Below are positions 19,217 through 27,370 of a DNA stretch of 55,227 bases, piece by piece. The notes under the pieces were generated by a model. The model saw only the letters and a program-made list of their open reading frames with translations, was not told the origin of the DNA and made no database searches. Each line of letters starts with the position of its first letter. Position 1 is the stretch's first letter. Made by a program: the position numbers and the translations under genes. Source of the stretch: a virus (lineage: Duplodnaviria > Caudoviricetes). The DNA lies in the IMG/VR virus record IMGVR_UViG_3300034073_001024, positions 1-55,227 of that record, one strand, 5' to 3'.

Positions 19217-20659
19217 ATGATCGGCGGACGTAGTGCATTGTTGGCGGCTGGGGCTGGATTGGGATATGGAAACTGGACCGGGAATTACGAGGATGTCTCA
19301 TTACTACTTAGAGGCAACACCACGCCTGGGCAACTTGTTATAGCGGACGAAAGCTACGCCCCTAAATCGCTAACAATTGCTGGAAACGCATCTATCAGCT
19401 ACAATCCAGTTAAATACGGAAGTACATCAATTTCTTTTGATGGCACTGATGACTGGATTGAAACAAACGCAACTAATGACTTTTATTTTGCTAACGAACC
19501 ATTCACAATAGAAGCCTGGGTGTACTTGAATCAGTTAGGAGCGGACTATGGCATATTTAGCTACATGAACAATGGTGGCGCGACTACACTGCGTGGCTAT
19601 GTGCTGAACATAGGAACAGACGGAGCAGTAGGCTTTGTAGATTACAATGGATCTGTCCAATTTTTGTTAGTTACACCGTCCCCTGTGATCACTCAAGTAA
19701 ATCAATGGTATCACGTCGCAGTCTGCAAAGAGGGCACCGGCACTAACCAGGTTAGGTTGTTTGTAAACGGACAAATTGTTGCTAGTGCAACAAGAAACGC
19801 CAATATCCCGGTGGGGATATCAGGATTGCCTGGAAGGATTGGTGCTTGGAGGTATTCTCCAGCTAGGCGATCATTAAACGGATACATAGATGATCTGCGG
19901 ATTACAAAAGGCGTCGCGCGTTACGTAGCAAATTTCACACCTAGTGAACTGCCATCAAGCAATGATGATCCACTGTTTAGTAACGTTACTTTATTGATGA
20001 AAGATGCCATAGCTCCATTGCTTGCAGCAGATGAAAGCCCAACACCTAAAACAATAACGGATACTGGTGATGCAAGCATAAGCACAACTGTCTTCAAATA
20101 TGGGACTAGCTCATTGATGTTTGACGGAAATGGAGACTGGTTTGAAACAAACGCAACGACTGACTTTGATTTTGGCAACAACCCATTTACTATAGAAGCA
20201 TGGGTTTATGCCATTACATTGAATCATGTTGCAAGCCCGGCTATTTTTAGCAATATGAACAACGGAACCGCTGCAACTCTTGGCGGTTATGTGCTTGCGG
20301 TTGACTCCACAGGAAATTTACTTTTTAATGACTACAACCAAGCAGCCACTTCATTTAGCTTGACTTCGCCCGCGGGCGCAATTACGACAGGGCAATGGTA
20401 TCACGTCGCAATCTGCAAAGCAGGTACTGATACCAATCAAGTCAAATTATTCGTCAATGGACAAATTGTTGCTAGTGGAACAAGAAATGCAAATATCCCG
20501 GTAGCGGTATCAGGATTGCCTGGAAGGGTTGGAGCTTGGAGATATTCGGTAGAGCAGCGCCCGTGGAACGGTTACATCGACGACTTGCGCATAACAAAAG
20601 GCTTCGCACGCTACACCAAAAACTTCCTACCGCCTCCGGCGGAACTACCTGCCATCTAA
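19217..20659 (+). CDS. Receptor-binding protein with two tandem LamG/ConA-like domains
   Basis: Two copies of FDG.DW...FTIEAWVY...WYHVA...LFVNG...NGYIDDLRITKG.ARY. Confidence 0.85.
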   Translation: MIGGRSALLAAGAGLGYGNWTGNYEDVSLLLRGNTTPGQLVIADESYAPKSLTIAGNASISYNPVKYGSTSISFDGTDDWIETNATNDFYFANEPFTIEAWVYLNQLGADYGIFSYMNNGGATTLRGYVLNIGTDGAVGFVDYNGSVQFLLVTPSPVITQVNQWYHVAVCKEGTGTNQVRLFVNGQIVASATRNANIPVGISGLPGRIGAWRYSPARRSLNGYIDDLRITKGVARYVANFTPSELPSSNDDPLFSNVTLLMKDAIAPLLAADESPTPKTITDTGDASISTTVFKYGTSSLMFDGNGDWFETNATTDFDFGNNPFTIEAWVYAITLNHVASPAIFSNMNNGTAATLGGYVLAVDSTGNLLFNDYNQAATSFSLTSPAGAITTGQWYHVAICKAGTDTNQVKLFVNGQIVASGTRNANIPVAVSGLPGRVGAWRYSVEQRPWNGYIDDLRITKGFARYTKNFLPPPAELPAI

Positions 20660-20662
20660 GCC

Positions 20663-21199
20663 ATGTTGATTCACGCCATCGACGATCAAATCGTCACCTA
20701 TCCCGACTCCATGGATGCACTGCGCAAGGCGCATCCGAATGTGTCCTTCCCAGTGCAGCCCACTGACGAAGACCTCGCAGCCTTCAATCGCTACCGAGTT
20801 ACCAGCACACCGCAACCAGCGCATGATGCACGCACCGAGCGCGTAGACGAAGCTGATCCGGTACTGACCGAAGACGGCTGGCAGCAGGCGTGGACCGTAC
20901 GTGATGCCACGGAAAACGAGATCGCCGAATACGACGCTGCGCACGCACCCGAGCCTGACTGGATGGGGTTCGGCATTGAGCTGATCACCCACGAAGTGCT
21001 AGGCACCTGGTACAACACGCTGCCGATGGGTCTCGCCAACGGACTGAGCATTGGTCTCAAGGATGCCAGTCAGGGTGACCCCCGATTGTTTGTCGGCATC
21101 TGGCAGAAGCTCACGGTGCCAGCGGAGGTGACCGCTGCGCTGGGTGAACTGATGGTGTCGCACCACCTGCCGGCGGAATTTATCGCAGGGCTAGCATGA
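20663..21199 (+). CDS. Tail-fibre-associated/assembly protein
   Basis: YP...LRKAHPNVSFP...WQQAWTV motif; position after the LamG gene. Confidence 0.55.
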   Translation: MLIHAIDDQIVTYPDSMDALRKAHPNVSFPVQPTDEDLAAFNRYRVTSTPQPAHDARTERVDEADPVLTEDGWQQAWTVRDATENEIAEYDAAHAPEPDWMGFGIELITHEVLGTWYNTLPMGLANGLSIGLKDASQGDPRLFVGIWQKLTVPAEVTAALGELMVSHHLPAEFIAGLA

Positions 21200-21218
21200 A
21201 ACAAGCCAATCGTGCGTC

Positions 21219-21461
21219 ATGATTGAAATCGCAGCTGCCGCCACTGGTGCCGCCTTAACGGCAGCCGCGATGTGGGTAGGCAACGTCTCAAGCCGATCCA
21301 GAGATGGGCGTGATCACGTCGTACGGCTGACGGTCGCAGTGGAAACCGTCGCCACACGATTAGAGGAGATTCACGTTGATATGAAAGCCGACAAACAGCA
21401 GATGTATGAACTACTGAGCGGTCTTGATCGTAGGGTCACACGACTAGAGGCAAAAGAATGA
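21219..21461 (+). CDS. Holin-like membrane protein with coiled coil
   Basis: Hydrophobic N-terminus, C-terminal LDRRVTRLEA; lies in the lysis cluster. Confidence 0.45.
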   Translation: MIEIAAAATGAALTAAAMWVGNVSSRSRDGRDHVVRLTVAVETVATRLEEIHVDMKADKQQMYELLSGLDRRVTRLEAKE

Positions 21462-21700
21462 CGCCAACCGTAACTGCTATTGTCCTGCGCCTACTTGTTG
21501 GGTGTTACGGCTACATGCTGCTGATGGCGAGCGCTAATGTCATCAGTTGCGAATTGCGCAAGCCTGGGCAATGTGGCAATCAATGGACGCAAGCGTTCAC
21601 CGTAGCTGGTGGTGCTGCATCTACCATGTGGGCATATATCACAGACTCACCTAGCGCACAGCGCCCCAGTCGTAAGCGCAACGATCCACCTACCACCTAA
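21458..21700 (+). CDS. Small two-TM membrane protein (holin candidate)
   Basis: Two hydrophobic segments and a basic C-terminus; upstream of endolysin. Confidence 0.45.
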   Translation: MTPTVTAIVLRLLVGCYGYMLLMASANVISCELRKPGQCGNQWTQAFTVAGGAASTMWAYITDSPSAQRPSRKRNDPPTT

Positions 21701-21704
21701 GACT

Positions 21705-22004
21705 ATGTTCATCATTGATGCCGCCATTGCTTTTGTGATCCTTGGAATCACAGAGGTCTTCATCAAACCGCTGGCGATTGCTTTCATTCAACGCTCGACG
21801 CAGCGCTTCCTTCCGGCTGTGTTCAACCGTTTGGATGACGTGATGCCGAAGCTGCTCGCCGAAGCGACACCTGAACAGATGACAGGTGAGATCGCCTCTG
21901 CCATTGCTGCAGCTACGGGACAACCGGCCACTGCGCAGCAGATCAAGCAGGTGGTGAAGCTCTACAACCCGATCAAGGCTGCACTGCGTAATGTTGCTGA
22001 CTGA
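21705..22004 (+). CDS. Membrane-anchored hypothetical protein
   Basis: MFIIDAAIAFVILGITEVF hydrophobic N-terminus. Confidence 0.5.
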   Translation: MFIIDAAIAFVILGITEVFIKPLAIAFIQRSTQRFLPAVFNRLDDVMPKLLAEATPEQMTGEIASAIAAATGQPATAQQIKQVVKLYNPIKAALRNVAD

Positions 22005-22007
22005 GCG

Positions 22008-23174
22008 ATGACCGTACGCCTCACTGATCTGTTCAAGCATTACAAGCACGGCACACCGCATCAGATGGCGGCCGTCGCTGAACTTGAAGCAGCACTGCTA
22101 GCAGCTGCGCCGGAGGTATTCGACCGCAGCCAATCGTGGTATCGCACCTGGCAGCAGGCTGGCAAGCTGCATAATTATGCTTCAGCCATAAGTCTGATAA
22201 AAGAGTTTGAAGGTTGCCATCTCAGCGCATACCCAGACCCGCTGCATGGCTGGGATGTAGCAACCATCGGCTACGGCACCACACGCTACCCCGATGGTCG
22301 CAAGGTGCAGCGCGGCGACAAGATCACGGTGCTTGACGCGCAGGAGCTACTGGAGCTGGAAGTCGAGCGCATCGCCGCTAAGCTGCGCGCTTCGGTGCCA
22401 CATTGGGGCGCCATGCGGCAAGGGCAGCAGTGCGCATTGATCAGCTTCGCCTACAACCTCGGCGCTGGGTTCTATGGCTCCGCAGGATTTGAGACCATCA
22501 GCAAACGACTGCGCGAAAAGGATTGGGAGCAGGTGCCAGCGGCGCTTGAGTTGTACCGCAATCCCGGCAGCAACGTGGAGGCCGGCCTGCTTCGTCGTCG
22601 CCGTGCGGAAGGTGCACTGTGGCGCGATGGTCAACCGGAGGTGCAACAGCAGGGCGTGATGCTGCAGGTGCCGTATGAGCTGCAGCACGACAACCGCTCA
22701 GGTGCGGGTTACCGCGAATGCTTCAGTTCCAGTGCCGCGATGGTGGCGCGGTTCTACGGCGAGGCGGCGAACGATGATGCGTACAATGCCATCCGCCAGC
22801 GCTTCGGTGATACCACCGACGCAATGGCGCAGGTGAAGGCGCTCAACAGCCTTGGCCTAGTGGCGCAGTTCCGCACTAACGCAACTGTGGAGCTGCTGGA
22901 AGCTGAGCTAGAAGCCGGCCGGCCGGTGATGGTTGGTTGGTTGCATCATGGCCCCGCATCGCGACCTACAGGCGGCGGGCATTGGAGCGTAGTGGTCGGC
23001 ATGACGCCAAAGGCATTTATCCACAACGACCCCAACGGTGAGGCTGATCTGGTCAACGGCGGCTACATCAATACCACCGCCGGGCATAATGTTGCCTACA
23101 GCCGTCAGAACTGGCTGCGGCGATGGCTACCGGATGGACCATCCTCGGGATGGTGTATCACGGTGCGCAGTTAG
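22008..23174 (+). CDS. Endolysin: GH24 lysozyme plus C39-like peptidase
   Basis: IKEFEG...AYPDP...TIGYGTT and GLLRRRRAE (GH24); RECFSSSAAM, GHWSVVVG, HNDP (C39 Cys-His-Asp). Confidence 0.88.
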   Translation: MTVRLTDLFKHYKHGTPHQMAAVAELEAALLAAAPEVFDRSQSWYRTWQQAGKLHNYASAISLIKEFEGCHLSAYPDPLHGWDVATIGYGTTRYPDGRKVQRGDKITVLDAQELLELEVERIAAKLRASVPHWGAMRQGQQCALISFAYNLGAGFYGSAGFETISKRLREKDWEQVPAALELYRNPGSNVEAGLLRRRRAEGALWRDGQPEVQQQGVMLQVPYELQHDNRSGAGYRECFSSSAAMVARFYGEAANDDAYNAIRQRFGDTTDAMAQVKALNSLGLVAQFRTNATVELLEAELEAGRPVMVGWLHHGPASRPTGGGHWSVVVGMTPKAFIHNDPNGEADLVNGGYINTTAGHNVAYSRQNWLRRWLPDGPSSGWCITVRS

Positions 23175-23198
23175 CCTGTAACCAGCCGGCCACATTGA

Positions 23199-23516
23199 GT
23201 GGATCACTGCATTGATGGCTCTAACCTCATTCCAAAACGCAGTGCAAAGCAACGATTTAGGCAGCAGATCTTTGAGGCATGGAACTATCAATGTGCATAT
23301 TGTGGCATATCGGCGGATACATTAGATCACGTCAAACCAAGACATAAAGGCGGCGATACAATCACCACAAACCTTGTGCCGGCTTGTAGGGACTGCAATC
23401 GCCGCAAAGGTAGCGATGACTGGCAAGAATGGTTCAAGGCGCAGGAGTCGTACCTTCTGGATCGTGAGCAGGCTGTAATGCGCTGGATTCAATCATCTGG
23501 TGATAAAACACCCTAG
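23199..23516 (+). CDS. HNH endonuclease
   Basis: CAYCG...TLDHVKP..KGG....NLVPACRDCNRRKG. Confidence 0.9.
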   Translation: MDHCIDGSNLIPKRSAKQRFRQQIFEAWNYQCAYCGISADTLDHVKPRHKGGDTITTNLVPACRDCNRRKGSDDWQEWFKAQESYLLDREQAVMRWIQSSGDKTP

Positions 23517-23601
23517 CTTGCCATTCCTGGCGGTGATCTTTGCACATACCAGCCACGCAAACGCGCCATGCATCACCGCAGCGCTGGATAGTTGGTTCCA
23601 A
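23434..23601 (-). CDS. Small hypothetical protein (55 aa, TTG start)
   Basis: MEPTIQRCGDAWRVCVAGMCKDHRQEWQARVFYHQM...; overlaps the sigma 3' end and the HNH 3' end. Confidence 0.35.
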   Translation of the reverse strand: MEPTIQRCGDAWRVCVAGMCKDHRQEWQARVFYHQMIESSALQPAHDPEGTTPAP

Positions 23602-24475
23602 GTGGTGTGCCCTCCATCGGATCTTTTAAGAGCATCTTCAACCTATCAATGCCGCGCTTGCTTGCGCCTTCCAGCGTCTGCTTAGATACGTTGTACTGCT
23701 GCTCCAGTTCCCGCCACGGTACTGGGTTACGGCTATACCGTGCAGCGATCACATCACGCGTGCGTTCATCTAGGTAGGCATCGCAATATTGACGGATGAT
23801 GTCTAGTTGCCAGTCGTTCTCCGGATCATAGGTATTCGGATCAGCGATCAGATCCATCAGTGCCGAGTGATCCTCGCAGCCTTGCGCTGGTTTATCAAGG
23901 CTTGATACCTTATACGACTGCAACAACGTTTGCGATATTGCAGTGGGTTCCATATCAAGAATGCTCGCAAGATCTTGCAATGTTGCTGTGCGGCCATGTT
24001 CACGGCTGAATTGCTCAGCAGTCTTATGCAGTTTGATCAGTAGATCATGCACGCCAACTGGCAACCTGATGATCGGGTCATATTGCACCAATGCGCGGCC
24101 AATCGCCTGACGAATCCACCAGTAGGCATAAGTTGAAAACTTATAGCCGCGTGTGCAATCAAACAGCTCCACCGCACGCGCAAGGCCCATGTTGCCCTCC
24201 TGAATGATGTCCATCATCTCCAGCGTTTGCGTTGCGCGGCGGCGATATTTACGCGCGATATGCACTACCAGCTGCAGATTGGATTGAATAAACCGCTGCC
24301 GTGCGCGTTCACCACTGCGCAGCTCGCGGCGTTCTTCAGTGGTCAGTGGTCTGTCGTAATCCTTAAGTTCCCGCCAGCGTTGCACGCGGCGCCCAAGCTG
24401 TATTTCTTGCTGCGGTGTGAGCAGTGGATACCGGGCGATACTGTTGAGGTAGTCGCTAACGAGATCAGTTGACAT
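23573..24475 (-). CDS. RpoD/SigA-family sigma factor (cyanobacterial group-2-like)
   Basis: Region 1.2 YLNSIARYPLLTPQQEIQL; region 2 NLQLVV, DIIQEGNMGL.RAVELFD..RGYKFSTYAYWWIRQAI. Confidence 0.93.
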   Translation of the reverse strand: MSTDLVSDYLNSIARYPLLTPQQEIQLGRRVQRWRELKDYDRPLTTEERRELRSGERARQRFIQSNLQLVVHIARKYRRRATQTLEMMDIIQEGNMGLARAVELFDCTRGYKFSTYAYWWIRQAIGRALVQYDPIIRLPVGVHDLLIKLHKTAEQFSREHGRTATLQDLASILDMEPTAISQTLLQSYKVSSLDKPAQGCEDHSALMDLIADPNTYDPENDWQLDIIRQYCDAYLDERTRDVIAARYSRNPVPWRELEQQYNVSKQTLEGASKRGIDRLKMLLKDPMEGTPLGTNYPALR

Positions 24476-24722
24476 GGGTGAGAATCCGTTGGTTCATTCG
24501 ATTGAAGCACAATTCCACGGTGCAGCCAATGCTTCCATGTTGCGGCAGTTGCACGCTGATGGGCAATACACTGCACTACTGGAATATGCACTGCTGCTAG
24601 CGGAGCAAGAAGCAAGCCAGCGGTCACAAATCCAGTGGTTGATTCGTGAAGCCGCTAGCGGTGGTGTACCACCTGTGCAGCAGTGGCATCTGGAGGTTGC
24701 TAGGGAGTTGAGCGGTGGTTAA
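24474..24722 (+). CDS. Small hypothetical protein divergent from the sigma gene
   Basis: Helical 82-aa ORF filling the gap between sigma and dcd. Confidence 0.5.
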   Translation: MGENPLVHSIEAQFHGAANASMLRQLHADGQYTALLEYALLLAEQEASQRSQIQWLIREAASGGVPPVQQWHLEVARELSGG

Positions 24723-25225
24723 GTGACAGAACCCATCACACTGCCGTGGCCATTGTAGTGGCCTGTTACCGCATAGCTCAGCTCCGGCATGGCGCTCATG
24801 CGGATGAACACCATCTGGCCGATCTTCAAGCCTGGATACAACGGCAGCGGTAGGATCTGCCGTGCATTTTTCAGCTCCAACGTCAGCACACTACCGTGCC
24901 ACCCTGGATCGGCGTAACCAGCGTGGCTGTGCTCATACCCTTCGCGTGCACGGCTTGACTTCAAAAAGAACAAGCCGGCGATATCCTCGGGCATGTTGAA
25001 CCGCTCGATGGTTTCAGCCAAGATGAACTGCCCCGGTCGTAGCCAGTACGGGTCGTCAACAGTGCGATCTGCAATGCTGAGCGGCCGCATGTTCAAGTCC
25101 TCGGCCGATTCGATCATGATCGTGCCGCCAAGACGTAGGTCAAGGCTGGCGGGGTTGATCAATGCTGGATCGTAGCCTTCGACCATTCCGGCGTTGCGGA
25201 TTTCGTGATCGCAAAGAATCGACAT
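24719..25225 (-). CDS. dcd: dCTP deaminase
   Basis: INPASLDLRLG, LKSSRAREG, AGYADPGWHG.LTLEL, KIGQMVF, Y.GHY. Confidence 0.92.
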   Translation of the reverse strand: MSILCDHEIRNAGMVEGYDPALINPASLDLRLGGTIMIESAEDLNMRPLSIADRTVDDPYWLRPGQFILAETIERFNMPEDIAGLFFLKSSRAREGYEHSHAGYADPGWHGSVLTLELKNARQILPLPLYPGLKIGQMVFIRMSAMPELSYAVTGHYNGHGSVMGSVT

Positions 25226-25445
25226 TGAGCTTTAAGTGCAAAGTGAATGGTCCGCCGCTGAGATCACTAGCATCATCTGGTTCAGCTAGAAACTCAGCAA
25301 ATTGAATGGTCTTGTACCGATGCCCGCAGAATTCACATTCGCGATATCTAAGATAATCGCCACCTTCAGAGCGATATGTGCGCAGCACGCTGGTGATCAG
25401 TGCATTGCATTGCGGGCATGGACATGAGGCGCGATTGAATGGCAT
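25140..25445 (-). CDS. NrdR-N-like zinc-ribbon protein
   Basis: CPQC...TSVLRT...RYRECEFCGHRYKT; no ATP-cone follows. Confidence 0.65.
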   Translation of the reverse strand: MPFNRASCPCPQCNALITSVLRTYRSEGGDYLRYRECEFCGHRYKTIQFAEFLAEPDDASDLSGGPFTLHLKLNVDSLRSRNPQRRNGRRLRSSIDQPRQP

Positions 25446-25464
25446 CAGAAGGCTAAAATAAATC

Positions 25465-25556
25465 TGACCCTTTCTGGGCCATCGCGTAACCGCTGCGCCC
25501 GCCAGCGGTGAGACTGCCACCTCGGGAGGAGCAGTCAGCGGGCACCCTATTGGCGC
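25465..25556 (-). ncRNA. Putative structured leader RNA (three hairpins plus a pseudoknot)
   Basis: GACTGC/GCAGTC, CCGCTG/CAGCGG and TGGCCC/GGGTCA stems; loop GCGGGCG complementary to upstream TGCCCGC. Confidence 0.5.
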
Positions 25557-25570
25557 TTGCGGTAGAGGCC

Positions 25571-25630
25571 TCAGCCGACGAGGATGCCGAGCAAGTAGCC
25601 GAGCGTGAGGCCGATGATGTAGGCAGTCAT
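25571..25630 (-). CDS. 19-aa hydrophobic peptide
   Basis: MTAYIIGLTLGYLLGILVG*, GxxxG repeats. Confidence 0.35.
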   Translation of the reverse strand: MTAYIIGLTLGYLLGILVG

Positions 25631-25639
25631 TGGTTGCGC

Positions 25640-25819
25640 TCAGGGCTGGGTTTCAAGCTCGTTGGCGATGGCTGCCAGTCTCTGACGATCCACTGGGCAA
25701 TACGAGTAAATAGCAGCAGCACGAAGGGCGGCGGCAAGGGCGGTTGTCCGTTTAGTTGCCAATTCCCGCTGGTTGTACGCAGTAAGCACAGCTTGTGTAA
25801 TGGGTGAAAGCTCAGACAT
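25640..25819 (-). CDS. Small hypothetical protein
   Basis: MSELSPITQAVL...LAAALRAAA...LAAIANELE. Confidence 0.6.
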   Translation of the reverse strand: MSELSPITQAVLTAYNQRELATKRTTALAAALRAAAIYSYCPVDRQRLAAIANELETQP

Positions 25820-25868
25820 AGAAGTGGAAGCGACTTGTGGGCTTGAAGGGTCCATTTCGTCGTTGAAG

Positions 25869-26141
25869 CTAGAGGAAACGCAGGTCTTTGGTAAAGGATT
25901 CAATGACAACTCTTTGGGCTCGATCGATTGCATCTTCCCAGCCCTTTTTATAGGCAAGATCAAGCAAGGTGGCAAGCTTGGAACCTTGGGCAAATTCACC
26001 CAAGGCCACTGACATTTTGATACCATCGCATCGAAACGTTGCCACTCCCGAGGGATCGTTGGGATTGTCAGATCCTTCCCACGAAAAATTGACGAGGCTT
26101 TTGTTAGACATCAGAAAAACAGTCTTGAGATAATCAGTCAA
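25869..26141 (-). CDS. Hypothetical protein (AT-richer cassette)
   Basis: 90-aa ORF co-oriented with its neighbours. Confidence 0.5.
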   Translation of the reverse strand: MTDYLKTVFLMSNKSLVNFSWEGSDNPNDPSGVATFRCDGIKMSVALGEFAQGSKLATLLDLAYKKGWEDAIDRAQRVVIESFTKDLRFL

Positions 26142-26207
26142 GCGGTTCTTGTAATGCGTTGAAAGTCAGTATCTAAAGAAAGCCATGATTAGGGGAGGCG
26201 ATTACTC

Positions 26208-26426
26208 CTATGGATGTAGGCATTTTTCAATCGCATCGTCAATCGCGGATGAGTCGGTAACGGCGTCATCGAATTTGCCCCATACAGCCCAGCGAAAGGC
26301 GTCGTAAGACTTTTTGTCAGGGTTGTAAGTTATGGAAAAGACTTCGCAAGAGGCATTAGTCATACCCTGCGCTGTCATTAGAGCGTTGAACTCGCTCGTT
26401 GCACTTCGGTGGATGATTTGCTTCAT
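26208..26426 (-). CDS. Hypothetical protein (AT-richer cassette)
   Basis: 72-aa ORF flanked by GTAR-N9-CTAA motifs. Confidence 0.55.
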   Translation of the reverse strand: MKQIIHRSATSEFNALMTAQGMTNASCEVFSITYNPDKKSYDAFRWAVWGKFDDAVTDSSAIDDAIEKCLHP

Positions 26427-26445
26427 GGGTGATTAGAGGTAATGA

Positions 26446-26583
26446 CTACTTGCCCCATCGGGCGAGGACGGCGCGGGCGCGTAGACATAGCTCATCTTCG
26501 TCTGGAACCTTGACCCAGTTGGCATAGCCTTCGTTCTCAAGGGCTGCCAGAAGTTCAGCGCACAGTTGTTTGTAGTTGGCCAT
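26446..26583 (-). CDS. Small hypothetical protein (45 aa); not in track
   Basis: MANYKQLCAELLAALENEGYANWVKVPDEDELCLRARAVLARWGK*. Confidence 0.6.
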   Translation of the reverse strand: MANYKQLCAELLAALENEGYANWVKVPDEDELCLRARAVLARWGK

Positions 26584-26601
26584 GGTGGTTAGTGTGTAGA
26601 G

Positions 26602-26829
26602 TTACTGCCGCTCAGCGACCATCAGCAGCCGCCGCATATACCAATCAGCCTTAGCTAGATCTTCTGCGCGGTTGCCTTTGTGCTCAGCGCGCCATAGATA
26701 TTTGATGACGTTGCCTTTGCAATAGGCAATGAAACCATCATCACCAAGTGCAGCATGGATTGCATTGATGCACTCAATGCCGCCTCGTTTGTAATGTGGC
26801 GGGTGGTTTACGTTGTCCGGTGCAGTCAT
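26602..26829 (-). CDS. DUF3310 (T7 gp1.7 nucleotide-kinase-like) protein
   Basis: DNVNHPPHY...IECINAI...YCKGNVIKYLWR...K...EDLAKA.WY. Confidence 0.85.
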   Translation of the reverse strand: MTAPDNVNHPPHYKRGGIECINAIHAALGDDGFIAYCKGNVIKYLWRAEHKGNRAEDLAKADWYMRRLLMVAERQ

Positions 26830-27116
26830 TCAACCCAGCTCCATTGGTGGCGGTTACAAATGCGCCAGATTTGTTTGATGCTCATGCCGTAATGCTTGGC
26901 GAGTTGTGGATATGTACTGCCAGCTGCACGCATTGCACGCATCCGGCGCACATCATCCGGTGTCAGCACTGCAGCGGGGTTGCTTTCACCACGCTTGAAC
27001 TGGCCGGTGGTTGGTGCAGCAAGAGATCGCCGCGCAAAGCACAGCAGCTGGTGATCAGCTGGAACATGCTTCGCCAGCTCCGCTGCAAGTTCCATCGCTA
27101 GCGCATGATGATTCAT
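26826..27116 (-). CDS. HTH DNA-binding protein resembling homing-endonuclease C-terminal domains
   Basis: RGESNPAAVLTPDDVRRMR...YPQLAKHYGMSIKQIWRI. Confidence 0.6.
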   Translation of the reverse strand: MNHHALAMELAAELAKHVPADHQLLCFARRSLAAPTTGQFKRGESNPAAVLTPDDVRRMRAMRAAGSTYPQLAKHYGMSIKQIWRICNRHQWSWVE

Positions 27117-27237
27117 AGAGCCCGGTATAAGTCGCGTGCAGTGGATGGTTGGGATCATTCCGGCCGTCTTGTTCATACAGCCGGTCAAGCTCGTCCTGAC
27201 GTGCTTGCTGTTCAATCGGGTTGCAGTCCTTGTTCAT
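27055..27237 (-). CDS. Small hypothetical protein
   Basis: QARQDELDRLYEQDGRNDPNHPLHATYTGL. Confidence 0.5.
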   Translation of the reverse strand: MNKDCNPIEQQARQDELDRLYEQDGRNDPNHPLHATYTGLYESSCASDGTCSGAGEACSS

Positions 27238-27370
27238 CGGTCAATTTCAGTAGTTGAAGGATGTGCGCGGCAAATGCCGCATGGGTCATTACTGCATGGG
27301 TGCCGGGAGGACGCCCGTAGGACGCCTCCCACCACTCTTTGAATGCATCTTCAAGAGCGGCTTGGTTCAT
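27212..27370 (-). CDS. Small hypothetical protein (52 aa); not in track
   Basis: TGATG-coupled to ssb; MNQAALEDAFKEWWEASYGRPPGTHAVMTHAAFAAHIL. Confidence 0.55.
   Translation of the reverse strand: MNQAALEDAFKEWWEASYGRPPGTHAVMTHAAFAAHILQLLKLTDEQGLQPD

Noticed and set aside
19700-20610. Diversity-generating retroelement (TR/VR pair), prompted by the repeats and the Mtd-like domain at 494
   Set aside because: Differences are not adenine-specific, both copies are in-frame domains, and no reverse transcriptase is present
25500-25545. HDV-like ribozyme, suggested by TCCTCCC
   Set aside because: Could not build P1/P3/P1.1 or the J4/2 strand by eye
26189-26605. GTAR-N9-CTAA as an NtcA box
   Set aside because: NtcA consensus is GTA-N8-TAC; spacing and right half do not match
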